Source: Chiloscyllium plagiosum (taxonomy: Eukaryota). Taken from it: a stretch of 64,000 nt of DNA. Shown here piece after piece: positions 36,840-49,389 of the stretch. Positions within the stretch are counted from its first letter, which is position 1. Each line of letters begins with the position of its first letter. The position numbers and the translations under genes were made by a program. The stretch lies in the NCBI RefSeq assembly GCF_004010195.1, contig NC_057720.1, forward strand, positions 22,990,567 to 23,054,566, written 5' to 3'. The notes under the pieces are model-generated. The model made no database searches, was not told the origin of the DNA, and saw nothing but the letters and a program-made list of their open reading frames with translations.

Positions 36840-39430
36840 ATGCAAATGTTAGGAGGTAAGCACATAAATGCTCAGGACATGATTAAGACAGTTGCTGAGG
36901 TACAATCCACATGGAATTATGATATGGTGGGAATACTGGGGCCATAACTTTAACGAATGGAGTGATGGGAATGTTCCTTGCATATTCAGGGATGACAGCA
37001 AGGGCAAGAAAGGGGGAAGAGGGATTTTAAGTATTTATTCCAAGGTTCAAGAACACTGTTACAGCATCTCTGAGGGATGTTTACTTGATGGCTTGAAAAC
37101 TATTTATTTGATACAAATTAAGTAATAAAGGTTATTATGCTGTCGGGTTTATAACAAGTAGTGGGGAGAAAATGGAGGCAATATTTCAGAAATATGGGGA
37201 AAATGAGACCTGTGCAAGCCAGATGGTTACACCTAAACAGGACCAGGATAATTATCCTCGCGAAGAGATTTGCTAATGCTGCTGGGGAGAGTTTAAACTA
37301 GATTTGCAGGGAACGTGAGAGAAAATTCAGAATGAGAAATAGGAGACAAAAAATTGGTGAGTAATTCTGCAAGGAGGAAGCAGACATTTTAAAATTCTAT
37401 AACATGGGAATTTAGTGGTCGTAAAAGGTATATATGTAAGTGCAAATATGGTGGCAAACGATGGTACAGTCAGACATATGGCAGCACAATATAATGTCTA
37501 CAATAGAATCTTGGTTAAAAGAGAGGCATGGATGACAGGTCAACATCTCTAGATAGTGAGTGTTCAGGTATGTTGGAAATGGGATTAAAATAGTAGCACA
37601 TCGCTTTATTGAGTAAAGATTCCGATTAAAGCTTTTAGGAGGGTTGAAATAATAACTGAAGCATCACATGAGGATTAGGGATCTGAAAACATTGTACCAT
37701 TCTTTAAAAAGGATGCCAGGGATAGGCCAAATAATTATATGATGGTTACTTAACTTCAGTTCTGGGCAACATGTCATAATCAGTACTGAAAGATTAACTG
37801 TTACTTGAAAAGTTATGAATGAATCAGGGATAGACAGTGTTGTTCAGTTAAGGAAAGATTGTGTCTTATGAGCTTTATTGATCTTTTTGAGCAAGTAAAG
37901 GAGGATTGATGAGATAGTACAGTGAATGTTGTCTACATGGCTGTTGACAAGAACCTACCTGGCAGGTGGTGACATATACTGCAATGTGCCATGTTGCTTC
38001 CAAAGTTAGTGCTGTGAAGTGAAACAAAGGGTAATGGTTCTGGATGTAAGTTCGCTCGGTGAGCTGAAAGGTTCGTTTTCAGACGTTTTGATACCATACT
38101 AGGTAACATCAGCAGTGAGCCTCCAGTGAAGCACTTGTGGTACGGCCTGCTTTTTATTTATGTGTTTAGGTTTCTTGAATTAGTGATTTCATTTCCTGTG
38201 GTGATGTCACTTGGTTATTTTTCTCAGAGCGTGGTAAATGAGATCCAAGTCAATTTGTTGATAGAGTTCCGGTTGGAGTGCCCATGCTTCAAAGAATTCT
38301 TGTGTGTGTCTCTGTTTGACTTGTCCTAGTTGAAGTGCTGTCCTTCCTTTTCGTATGTAAAGATACTAGTCTTTTTGTGACTAGTTGATGTTCATGTATC
38401 CTGGTGGCTAGTTTTCTGCCTGTTTGCCCAACGTTGTCCATCTTTGTCCAAACACTACACCCAGAACTTCAACTTGAGCTACAAATCTTCTCAAAACTTG
38501 CTAAAGAGTTATGGTTGATATATTGTTTTGCAAATAGAATGCAGTTTCTAGTAATGTTCCAGAGGGCTTGATATTAGGTCTCTTGCTGTTTTTGGAATAT
38601 ATTAATAATTTCAAGTTAGATGTGGGAGGCATGTTTAGTATATTTTCTGACAATATACAAATTGGCTGTATAGTTGATAATGAAGTGGATGACTGTTGAC
38701 ACCAGGAACGTGTCAATGGTTGGTTGAGTGGACAGAAAATTGTCAAATGGAACTCAATCTGGAGAAGTGCAAGGTTATTCAATAGTGGCACTGTAAAGCA
38801 AAGGAAGACACCATAATCAGGAGAGTGTTGAGAGGCGTCAAGGAAGTGACAGTTCTTGGGATGTGTGTCTGCAGATCTCTGGAGGTGGTAGGACAGGTAA
38901 ATACGGTGGTGAAGAAGGTACATAGGATGCTTTATTTCTTTGCGTAAGGCATTGAATACAAAAACAGGGATGTATCGCAGAAGCTACTTGAGACACAACT
39001 GGAATTTTGTGTACAGATCTGGTCATTACAGTATGGGAAGAACACAATTTTTCTTGGATACAAAAGGAAGTTGACAAGAACATTACCACAGCTTGAAAAT
39101 AATAGCTTTGAGGAATGATTGGATAAGCCAGGATTGTTATCCTGGAACTTTGTTGGTTGGGGGTGACTTATTTGACATGTACAAAATAACAATGAATTTG
39201 AATAGAGTAAGAGGAAAAGGCCTTTTTACCTACAGCATGGGGGTCAATGGAACTGCTGCCCAGTTTGGTGATTGAGGCAAAATCCCTAAACTCATTTAAA
39301 GGGAACTTGGATCAGCATCAAAAGTGTTATAACTTGTATGGTGCTGGAAAGTGGGATTAGAATGTACAGCAGCAGACACATTGGTCTGAATGGTCTCTTT
39401 GTGTACTGTAACCTTTCTAGAGCTCTGACT
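36840..39430 (+). mobile_element. Very old CR1 ORF2 fragments (APE to RT to 3'UTR) with a nested PLE
   Basis: IFRDDSKGKKGG, gtaccattctttaaaaagga, gtttctagtaatgttccagagggc, ttttgtgtacagatctggtc; heavily decayed. Confidence 0.65.
38040..38500 (-). mobile_element. PLE (fourth family): GIY-YIG C-terminus, pLTR and a short inverted segment
   Basis: Minus strand LGQVKQRHTQEFFEAW..RNSINK.DLDLIY; hammerhead remnant tca-ctgctga-t-gttacc-tagtat-ggtatc-aaaac-gtc-tga at 38079-38116; approximate TSD gggtaatggtt/gagttatggtt. Confidence 0.75.
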
Positions 39431-40404
39431 ATTAAGGGTTGAAATTTAACTAAGTCAGCAAGAAACGGCAAATGTTTTTTTCACTGAAATTCAACAACTC
39501 TTTTTGGAGACTCATTTTCATTTTTGCTTTGTTAAAACCTAATATTCTTGACAATGTTTTGAAAGTCAACAGAAAGTGAAAGCTGGAATGGTGACAAATT
39601 AGCATGCCAATTCACGATGAGCCAATTTTGCACAGCTGGCAAAGACCAATTTCATCTCCATACAACTTCACAAGTTTTTAGAATGGCCACCTTCAAAATT
39701 TGAATAAATACTGGGATAATATGAAAGGCAAAGAGTGAGAGGAAGTCCTGTAATGTCAACAAAATAGGTTTTTAATCGGTACGATCTGGATTTTAATATT
39801 TAAAGTGGTTAGCAGGAGTCAGCACAAAGTGCCTTTTTTGCTCTGAGACTGGAGAATGGGGTCAGGTTGGGGGTGGGGATACTACATACTGCAGCCTCCC
39901 TTTGAAACAACTTGGAGGAAGAACTGCTAAAGGACTGCTGAATGCTGCGGCTGGCTGCTTAAATAGTCTGCCTTGGTTTTCTTGGACATTGTCCAGCTGT
40001 TTTGTTTAATATTTGCCTTCTAATCCTCATGTCTCATATTCCGTCCACCTGGCCTCCTCACCCAATTATGTCAGTGTATGGAAACCCCTGCCTCTCCACT
40101 CATTCCCAATGGCCTCTTAAAGTGTTGATGCCAAACAATGTCTACCTCACCCTGAATGATCCCACTTAGTTTCCATGCCAATCCCTGCCATCCCAGCCAA
40201 ATGGCTGACCATCACCTCAATGCTAATCCATGTTCCTCAGCCCCCTCATTCAAACGCTCTTCATAAACTTCATGCCAGTGCATTCCCGTTTGCTACCCTC
40301 ACTGGCTCCTCATTGTACTAATGCAAGCCTGTGCCATGCTATCTGTACCCAATGATCAATCATGCCCTTAATGCCAACTTATAGTGCTTCAATGTCTAAG
40401 TTGT

Positions 40405-40645
40405 CCAGGTAGTGGTGTACTGGTAATGCCACCATACCAGTGATCCAAAAGCTTCAGGCTGCAGAACTGAACATGATGAGTTCAAACCTCACTTTGATTT
40501 TTTCATGAACTTTGTATTTAATAAACCTATGGAATAAAAGGTAGTCTAATTCTGAGCATTGTCAAGTGTCATAAAAAGCATCTAGTTTACTAACATACTT
40601 TAGGGAAGGAAATCTGCCATCCTTTATCTGGTCAGTGACTCCAAG
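40405..40645 (+). mobile_element. DeuSINE (SacSINE1-like), decayed
   Basis: tRNA-like head, gagttcaaacc B-box, Deu-like block tttagggaaggaaatctgccatcctt. Confidence 0.55.
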
Positions 40646-41695
40646 CTTTCATGAAGAGGAGATCACATTACCTTTTGTTGCATGAACAGTAGCGGTATTG
40701 ACTATTTCTTTGCAGTCTTGCATAGGCCAGGACACTGAAATGGCTGAAGTAGAGAACTTTGAAGAGCAAGACAATCCAACAGAATGTTAATGAAATCTAC
40801 TCCTGATGCCTAGGTGTGTGACAGAGGGCAGAGACCAGTTATCTCTACTATCAAAACAGTAATGGGCAACCATGTCGGTGATAGTAAGTTTCAATCAGAG
40901 AGAGCTTCATGCTGTTGTTTTTGGAGATTCAATAAATAAGTGAGTGTGAAGATGAACAGACGTCACAGTCATGCACATTTAATTCTCTCATTCTGAGCTG
41001 GAGGAAACATTGTAAAGGGAAAAAGGATTGGAATGTTTTGCATATGCTTTTAGAGAATATAAAGCTTATTGATTTTGATACTTTTTTGAAATTTTGGTCA
41101 TGCACATTAATTCTACTTATTATTTAAAGAGAAAGAAGATCGTTTGTGGATCTCATATTAACACTAGTGGTTCTTCAGGACAGTGCTCTAAGTCCAATCA
41201 TCTTCAGTTGGTTCAGCATTGGCTTTCCCCAATCATAAGGTCAAGTTTTTTGATGATGATTTAACAGAGTTGAATGCAATTTATGCTTTCTCAGAAACTG
41301 AAGAAGTCTGCATCTGTCTGTACCAAGACTTGTCCAACTCTCCAAGTCGTGTGACAGGGAGCAGTGGCTGTTGCTGAGATGGCAAACAGACAGCAGCAAT
41401 TGAGTAGGTCCAGCTAACTGTTCAGACTTATGTGAAACCAGTGCAGTCACTGGGAGGGTTTCACTTCTGTGGGTAGCCCCTCTCACTTTGGTAGTTCCAG
41501 CTACTGCAGAGAGCTCCCACACATCTTTGCCCCACCAAAATCAAGACCACAAAGAACTCATCAAGGCAAACCTGGCAATTGCCCCATATGGAGATTATTT
41601 CACTAGTGTATACCGTCATATATCACAGAATCATAACAAAGAACAACTGAACACAGATACAGGCCCTTTGGTCCTCCAAGTCTGTTCCAACCAAA

Positions 41696-41895
41696 ATCAT
41701 AGAATCCCTGCAGTGTGGAAGCAGGCCATTCAGCCCATTGAGTCCACATCAACCCTCTGAATAGCATCTGACCCAGACCCATCTTATCTCTATAAACCTG
41801 CATTCCCCATGGCTAACTAACCTAGCCTGCACATCCCTGGACATTATGGACAATTTAGCATGGCTGATTCACCTAACTGTACATCTTTGGACTTT
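41696..41895 (-). mobile_element. V-SINE 3' half
   Basis: caggccattcagccc..., ggacaatttagcatggctgattcacctaac, acatctttggact. Confidence 0.7.
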
Positions 41896-42649
41896 ATTTA
41901 AAATTCCAAATCTCTTGCCAGCTTTATAATCAGCTGTATCAAAGCCTTGCTTTCGTAATGTCACATTGTACTCACTGCTCTATTATGGTATTGTTTCGGT
42001 TTTACATGTTTTTGCATCAAAATTGAGACATAATGAGGCTTGCCGGCACCAAATTGTCAGCAGCATAAGTATTTCCTCTTGTGGCTGTGTGTGCTACTGG
42101 AGCACAGTAAGCCCCGGGCAGTCAATAAATAAAAGCATTGCATTTACACAACATCTCTCAAACTCAGGATTATGGAGTTATGGGACACAAGATAATTGAA
42201 AAATATGTCATCACTGATGTAATGATGATGTCAGAACTAGGAGGAACCCAGACCCAAGAATGTAGGGTCTAAGACCGACTCTCTCTTACTCTCTTCGGTG
42301 TATGGTGTAAAACTTAGTAAAGCCTGTTAGTTCTCATTTACCTGAGTACAGACCTAATCTTACCACATTATGAAGAGAACAGGAAAATGATGTTTTTTAA
42401 GCTGCTGACAAAGTGAAGGAGAGAAGGAAATGGAACAGATGGTGAGGGCAGAATACAAAGGGAGTATTAATGGTAGTAGAGGGGTATTAAAGATGCATGG
42501 TAAGTGTCAGTGGTAGGTATGAATCAAAGAAAATAAGTCAGCTCTGCACTTTGTTTTAATTTGCTTACTTAGCTTTTTCCTTTTATTTTGTTATTTGCTT
42601 TTCTAGTTCCTTACACACCATCCTGACTTTGGACTATTGCACCATTCCG

Positions 42650-42830
42650 TCAATGTGACTGTGTCAAAAACCTGGAAATCCCTTTCTAAAGTCATTGTGG
42701 GCATACCTGCATCAGATAGACTGCAGCAGTTTAAGAATGTAGCTCACCGTCATTCTCTCAAAGGTAACTTGATATTGGCAACGAATGCTAATACTTGCCA
42801 GTAAAGTTCAAATTCCCTGAAAGAATGAGA
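42650..42830 (+). mobile_element. LINE 3' end (DeuSINE-partner family)
   Basis: gactgcagcagtttaagaatgtagctcaccgtcattctctcaa...gcaacgaatgct. Confidence 0.55.
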
Positions 42831-42989
42831 AAGGACTTTAAATGCAGCTATTGATTTGTTATCTACCTATCAGCATCTTATACCCAAAGTGTTCAATTTA
42901 GGTTTGCCTGATTAGTATATTATTTTCCCTCATCCTTTTTGTCCTATTGTACCTTTCTGAGGGTCATCATTTCAATGCCGTTACCAGTG

Positions 42990-43952
42990 ACGCACAGTAG
43001 TGATTGATTGATTTGTAGTGGAGTGCCCCAGGGGTTGGCATTGGGAACCTTGCATTGCCAGATATAGCAATGATCTGGATCTTGGTGTGCACAGGACAAT
43101 TTCCAAATTTGCAGATGTCGCTAAACTTTGAAGAATTGTAGACTGTGAGGATGATAGTGTGGAACACCAAACGGACATTGACAAATTGTTGGAGTTGGTG
43201 GATAGGTGGCCTATAAGGTTCAATGCAGAGAGGTATGAGGTGTTGCACTTTGGACCACTGGAAGATAGCACAAAATTGGGTAGAGGAGCAGTGGTACCTC
43301 AGTGTATATGTGCATAGATCATTGAAAAGGGCAGGTGGAAATGACATACTCTGCTCTCAGGTTTATTAATCGATATACAGAGTACAAGAGCAAAGGGGTG
43401 ATGTTGAACCTGTACAAGATACTGATCAGACCTCAATTGGAGTATTGTGTAAACTGTGGGTGCCACATTGTAGGAAAGATACAACTGTATCAGAGAGAGT
43501 GTAGAAGCAATTCACAAGAATATTCCCAGATTTGAGAAACTTTGTTTGTGAAGGTAGAAGTTATGATGGAAGTTTAGAAATGAAGAACTTGGCACAGTTT
43601 TCTGTAATTTTTTTCCCTTGAAACTTTCACAATGATGAGCAGGCTGAACAGAGCAGACAGGGTGAAGCTGCTTCCATTTGTAAAAGAAATCCAAATGAGA
43701 GGGCATGGATTTAATCTGATGTACAAACAAAGCAAGGGTAATGTGAGGACACTGTAAGTTGTTAGGGTATGAGATGAATTGCTTGGAAATGTAATGGAGG
43801 CATGTTCAACTAAGGCATTGAAGAGGGCTTCAAATGTTTTCTTGAATAGTAATGGTACGGAGGGATAGGAGGAAAAGGCACGAGAAAGTAGAGCTAGTGC
43901 AAGCACTATGGGCCAAATGGCTTCATTCTGCACCATAATAATTCTGTGATTT
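42990..43952 (+). mobile_element. Old CR1 RT/3' fragment
   Basis: SGVPQGL, ISKFADVAKL, NLYKILIRPQLEYCV; ttctgtgatt tail. Confidence 0.8.
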
Positions 43953-44135
43953 CACAACTGTTACATCTGAATTTCAAACAGTCTGTTTGTGGCCATATTC
44001 GAATTTTTTAGGAGATTCCTGAAATAATTTCAAACACAGATGGTGATCCTTCTTACAATTATACATGAACTCATTTTGGAAAATACAAGGAGGAGTGAGT
44101 CATTTTTCCCATCAAACCCATTTTAACTTGATATA

Positions 44136-44345
44136 TGAGCAAATTACTGCAAATGCTGGAATTTGTACTGAAAACAAAAAGTGCTGGAAATAACAGCACA
44201 TCAGGCAGCATCCGTGGACGGAGAGCAAGCTAATCTTTCAAGTCTAGCTGACTCATCACCTGAGATGACATGAAGTGTGGAGGGGCCAGCATGTATGCAA
44301 TAGCTGTAGGGGATAAAGTGTTGGAAAGAAAGGGTGCTGCAGAGC
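44136..44345 (-). mobile_element. PLE pLTR remnant (same family as 52325)
   Basis: gagcaaattactgcaaatgctggaatttgtactgaaaac...gagagcaagctaatctttcaagtctag. Confidence 0.6.
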
Positions 44346-44399
44346 AAATTAAGTGACTTGAATTTGTTTTACTTTTTTTTTCAGTGTGTTTCATGTTAT

Positions 44400-44727
44400 T
44401 TTAGATTCTCTACAGTATGGAAACAGGCCCTTCAGTCCAACAAGTCCACACCGACCCTCCAAAGAGTAACCCACCTAGACCCATTCCCCTAATCTATATC
44501 TACCCCTGACTAATGCACCTAACACTATGGTCAATTTAGTATGACCAATTCACCTGACCCACACATCTTTGGACTGTGGGAGGAAACTGGAGCACCCAGA
44601 GGAAACCCACACAGACAGGGGGAGAATGTTCAAACTCCACACAGACAGTCACCCGAGGTGGGAATTGAACCCAGCTCCCTGGTGCTGTGAGGCAGCAGTT
44701 CTAAACACTGAGCCACCATGCCCCCCC
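44400..44727 (-). mobile_element. V-SINE (HE1-like)
   Basis: Reverse-complement head, B-box, V-domain (ggactgtgggaggaaactggagcaccc) and CR1 tail. Confidence 0.88.
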
Positions 44728-47346
44728 AGTAGATTTTGCAAAACTCTATTGAATTGGTGAGCACTGTTGAAACTTTATGCAACTCTTTGAATAGAACTTT
44801 TTTCTTCACCAGGATGAGGGCATCACTGGCCAGGAAGCATTTATTGCTCATCCCTAATTGCCCAGAGGGCAGTTGAGAGTCAACCACATTGTTATGGGCC
44901 TAGAGTCACATGTTGGCCAGACCAGGTCAGGATGGCAGTTTCCTTCCCTGAAGGACATTAGTGAACCAGATGTGTTTTTCCAACAATTAGCAATGGACTA
45001 ATAGTAGTCATTAGATTCTTAATTCCAGATATTGATTGAATTCAAAGTTCATCTTTTGCCATGGTGGGATTCGAACCCGAGTCTCCGGAATATTACCTGG
45101 GTCTCTGGATTAACAGTCCAGGGATATTAATTCGGGAGTTCATCGTTATTCATTTTCTCGGGGACGGTTGGAATGGGGGGAGCGACAGCGGGGACCAAAG
45201 GCCTGACAGGAAGGTAAATTTTAAAAGATATGAAAGCTCACCTCATGTATAGGTGGAGTGCACATTGAGCAGGAGCGGACACGGAACTGCTAGGTAAGTG
45301 AGGCTTTATATTTGGGTGGCAGCTTTACTTGAAACTCTACTCAGATTGTGTCTCCCACCCATCCTTCTCCTCTAACCAAAAAAAAGCTTCTATGCGCATG
45401 GATTGGTAAGATGACCAGTATCTTTTTTTTTAGTTTTTCAGTAATCTCGTTGGGAATTTAGAATAGTGGGAATGGAGGTTAGGACAGTTGAATGTTCCTC
45501 CTGCAGAATGTGGGAAGTAAGGGTCATCACCAGTGTCCCAGTTAACTGCATCTGTGCCCATTCCCCTCAACAACATGTATACTGTTTTGGATACTGTTGG
45601 GGGGGATGACTTACCAGGGGTAAGTAATGGGGCACAGGTCTCTGGCACAGAGTCTGTCCATGTTGCCCAGAAGGGAATGGGGAAGAGGAACAGAGCATTA
45701 GTCACTGGGGACTCCATTGTTAAGGGGACAGATAGGAGGTTCTGTGGGAGAGACTTACGGTTGGTGTGTTGCCTCCCAGGCTCTAGGGTTGGTGATGGCT
45801 CTGACCGTGTTTTCGGGGTCCTTGCAAGGGGAAGGGAAGCAGCCCCAAGATGTGGTCCACATAGGCACCAAAGACATGGGTAAGAGGAGAGATGGGGGAT
45901 TTAAGGCAGAAATTCAGGGAGCTAGGGTGGATGCTTCGAGCTAGAACAAACAACGATGTAATCTCTGGTTTGTTGCCCGTGCCACATGCTAGCAAGGCAA
46001 GGAATAGGGAGAGGGAGGAGTTGAACACGTGGCTATAGGGGTGATGCAGGATGGAGGGTTTTGCATTCCTGGATAATAGGTCTCTTTCTGGGGTATGTGG
46101 GACCTCTACAAACAGGATGGTCTTTACCTGGACCAGAGGCGAACCAATAACCTTGGGGGGGTGGAATTTCCTAATGCTGTTTGGATGGGTTTAAACTAAT
46201 TTAGCAAGGGGATGGGAACTGAAATTGTAGTTTGAGTAGACAGGAGGATGAGAGTAGTGAAGTCAGAACTAAGATTTCAAGATCGCAAGAAGGCAAGAAG
46301 TTGGTTTGAACACCAGGAGCAACCGGAATAAGATGGGTGAACTTGCAGCATGGGTTGGTACCTGGGATTTCAATGCTGTGGCCATTTCAGAGACATGGAT
46401 AGAGCAGGTATAGGAATGGCTATTGCAGGTTCCGGGATTTAGATGTTTCAATAAGAACAGTGAAAATGGTAAAAGAGGGGTTGGTGTGGCACTGTTAATC
46501 AAAGACAATATTATGCCTGCAGAAAGGACATTTGAGGACTCCTCTACTGAGGTAGTATGGGCCGAGATTAGAAACAGGAAAGGAGAGGTTACCATGTTGG
46601 GAGTTTTCTGTAGACCTCCAAATAATTCAGAGATGTAGAGGATAGGATAGCAAAGTTGATCCTCGATAGGAGTGAGAGTGACAGGGTAGTTGATATGGGG
46701 GCTTTAACTTTCCATGTATTGACTGGAAATACTATCATTCAAGTACTTTAGATGGGTCAGTTTCTGTCCAATGTGTGCAGGAAGGCTTCCGAAACAGTAT
46801 GTAAACAGGCCAACAAGGAGCGAGGCCACATTAGATTTGGTACTGGGTAATGAACGTGGCCAGATATTAGACTTAGAAGCAGGTGAGCACATTGGTGATA
46901 GTGACCACAATTCAGTAATGTTTGCTTTAGTGATGGAAAGGGATAGGTATGTACCGCAGGGCAAGAGCTATAGCTGGGGGAAAGGCAACTAGGATGCAAT
47001 TAGACAAGATTTAAGATGTATATGATGGGGAGGAAACTGCAGCGGATGGGCACAGTTGAAATGTGGAGCTTATGCAAGGACCAGCTACTGCGTGTCCTTG
47101 ATAAGTATGTACCTGTTAGGCAGGGAGGTAGTTGTTGAGCGTGGGAGCCATCATTTGCTAAGGAAGTTGAATCTCTTGTCAAAGGAAGAAGAAGGCCAAT
47201 GTTAGGATGAGATGTGATGGCTCAGTTAGGGCACGAGAGTTACAAGTTTGCCAGGAAAGACCTAAAGAGAAAGCTAAGAAGAGCCAGGAGGGGACACAAG
47301 AAGTCGTTGGTGGATAGGATCAAAGAAAATCCTAAGGCTTTCTATA

Positions 47347-47558
47347 CTTAAGCTGAAAATGTGTTGCTGGAACAGCGCAGCAGGTCATGCAGCATCCAGG
47401 GAACAGGAGAATCGACGTTTCGGGCATAAGCCCTTCTTCAGGAATCTTATGTCCGAAACGTCGATTCTCCTGTTCCCTGGATGCTGCCAGACCTGCTGCG
47501 CTTTTCCAGCAACACAATTTCAGCTCTGATCTCCAGCATCTGCAGACCTCACTTTCTC
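47347..47558. mobile_element. Fold-back PLE mini-element with a 9-bp TSD
   Basis: ~80-bp inverted arms at 47351-47430 and 47446-47525; TSD ctttctata at 47338-47346 and 47559-47567. Confidence 0.88.
47410..47445 (-). ncRNA. Minimal type-I hammerhead ribozyme, intact core
   Basis: attc-CTGAAGA-a-gggc-ttat-gccc-GAAAC-GTC-gatt. Confidence 0.8.
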
Positions 47559-48957
47559 CTTTCTATATCTAAATCAGGAATAAAATAATGACTAGAGTAC
47601 AATTACGGCCAATCAAGCATAGTAGTGGGAAGTTGTGCATGGAGTCAGAGGAGATATTGGGAGCACCAAGTGAATACTTTTCATCAGTATTCACACTAGA
47701 AAAAGACAATGTGGCCAAGGAGAATACTGAAATACAGGCTGAGGTTGCTGAGCCTTTGACTTTGATCTTTGTGTCGTCATTGTCTACAGGATTAGTGCCA
47801 GAAGACTGGAGGATAGCAAATGTTGCTCCCTTGTTCAAGAAGGGGAGTAGAAACAACCCTGGAAATTATAGACCTGTGAGCCTTACTTTGCTTCTGGGTA
47901 AAATGTTGGAAAGATAGGATTTATAATCATCGAGAGATGAATAAGTTGATTAGGGGCAGTCAACATGGCTTTGTGAAAGGTAGGTTGTGACTCACACACC
48001 TTATTGAGTTCTTTGAGATAGATGAGGGTAAAGCCGTTGATGTGGTGGAGTTCAGTTATTACTGGTGTACTGCAAGAATCTGTTTTGGTCAACCATTGTT
48101 TGTCATTCTTATAAATGACCTGGATGAGGGCACAGAAGGATGGATTAGTAAGTTTGCAGATGACATTAAGGTCGGTAGAACTGTGGATAGTGACAAAAGA
48201 TTTTGTAGGTTACAGAAAGACATAGATAAGCTACAGAGCTGGGCTGAGAGGTGGCAAATGGAGTTTAATGCGGTAAAGTGTGAGGTGATTCACTTTGGAA
48301 GGAGTGCAGAGTACTGGGCTAATGGTAAGATTCTTGATAATGTAGATGAGCAGAGAGATCTCGGTGTTGAGGTACATAGATCCTTGAAAGTTGCCACCAG
48401 GTTGATAGGGTTGTTAAGAAGGCATATGATGTGTTAGCTTTTATTGGTAGAAGGACTGAGTTTTGGAACCATGAGATCATGCTGCACCTGTACAAAACTC
48501 TGGTGCAGCCACATTTGAGTATTGAGTACAGTTCTGGTCACTGCACTATAGGAAGGATATGGAAGCTTTGGGAAGGGTTCAGAGGGGATTTACTGGGGTG
48601 TTGCCTGTTTTGGAGGGAAGGTCCTTTTGTTTGAGAGAAGAAGGTGGAGAGGTGACTTCATTGAGACACGTAAGATAATCAGAGGGTTAGATAGAGTGGA
48701 CAGTGAGAGCCTTTTTCCTCGGATGGTGATGGCTACCATGAGGGGGCATAGCTTTAAATTGAGGGGTGATAGATTTAGGACAGAAGTCGTCAACAGAGGC
48801 TTCTGGGAAGGTAAGAAGTTTGAGTGGAGAAGGAACCTGAGACACTACACGTGTAGTGTCTCCCACCCTCCCTCCTCCTCTAACCTAAAAAAAGGACTCA
48901 GTCGGCTGAACAGGTAAGCTACTTAGTGTTCTTGTTTTGGAGACTAAGTGTAGAGTT

Positions 48958-49389
48958 ATGACAGCGCAGGCAGTGGAATGTTCCTCCTGCAGGATGTTTG
49001 AGGTAGGGGTGACCACCGATGCTCCTGCCGACTTCACCTGCAGGAAGTGCAGCCAGCTCCAGCTCCTCACAGACCGCGTTAGGGAACTGGAGCTGGAGTT
49101 GGATGAACTGAGGATGATTCGAGAGGCTGAGAGGGTGATAGATAGAAGCTACAGGGACATAGTTACGCCAGAGAACAGAGGTAGCTGGGTAACAGTTAGA
49201 GATGGGAAGGGGAGGAAGCAGGCAGTGCAGGGATCCCCTGTGGTCATTCCCCTCAACAATAAGTATAACGGTTTGGATACTGTTGCGGGGGACGGCCTAG
49301 TAGGGGTAAGCTGCAGTGACCGGGTCTCTAGCACGAGGTCCGGCTCTGAGGCCCAGAAGGGAAAGGGGGAGAGGAGGAGAGCACTAGTT
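48958..49389 (+). CDS. CR1 ORF1 N-terminal part (zinc finger + leucine zipper), open until the gap
   Basis: MTAQAVECSSCRMF...FTCRKCSQLQLLTDRVRELELELDELR...RRALV with no stop before the N-gap. Confidence 0.75.

Noticed and set aside
47351..47525. DNA-transposon MITE or miRNA precursor
   Set aside because: The arms are PLE pLTR sequence also attached to RT/GIY-YIG copies, and TSD lengths vary (9, 11, 15 bp); there is no small-RNA evidence available.
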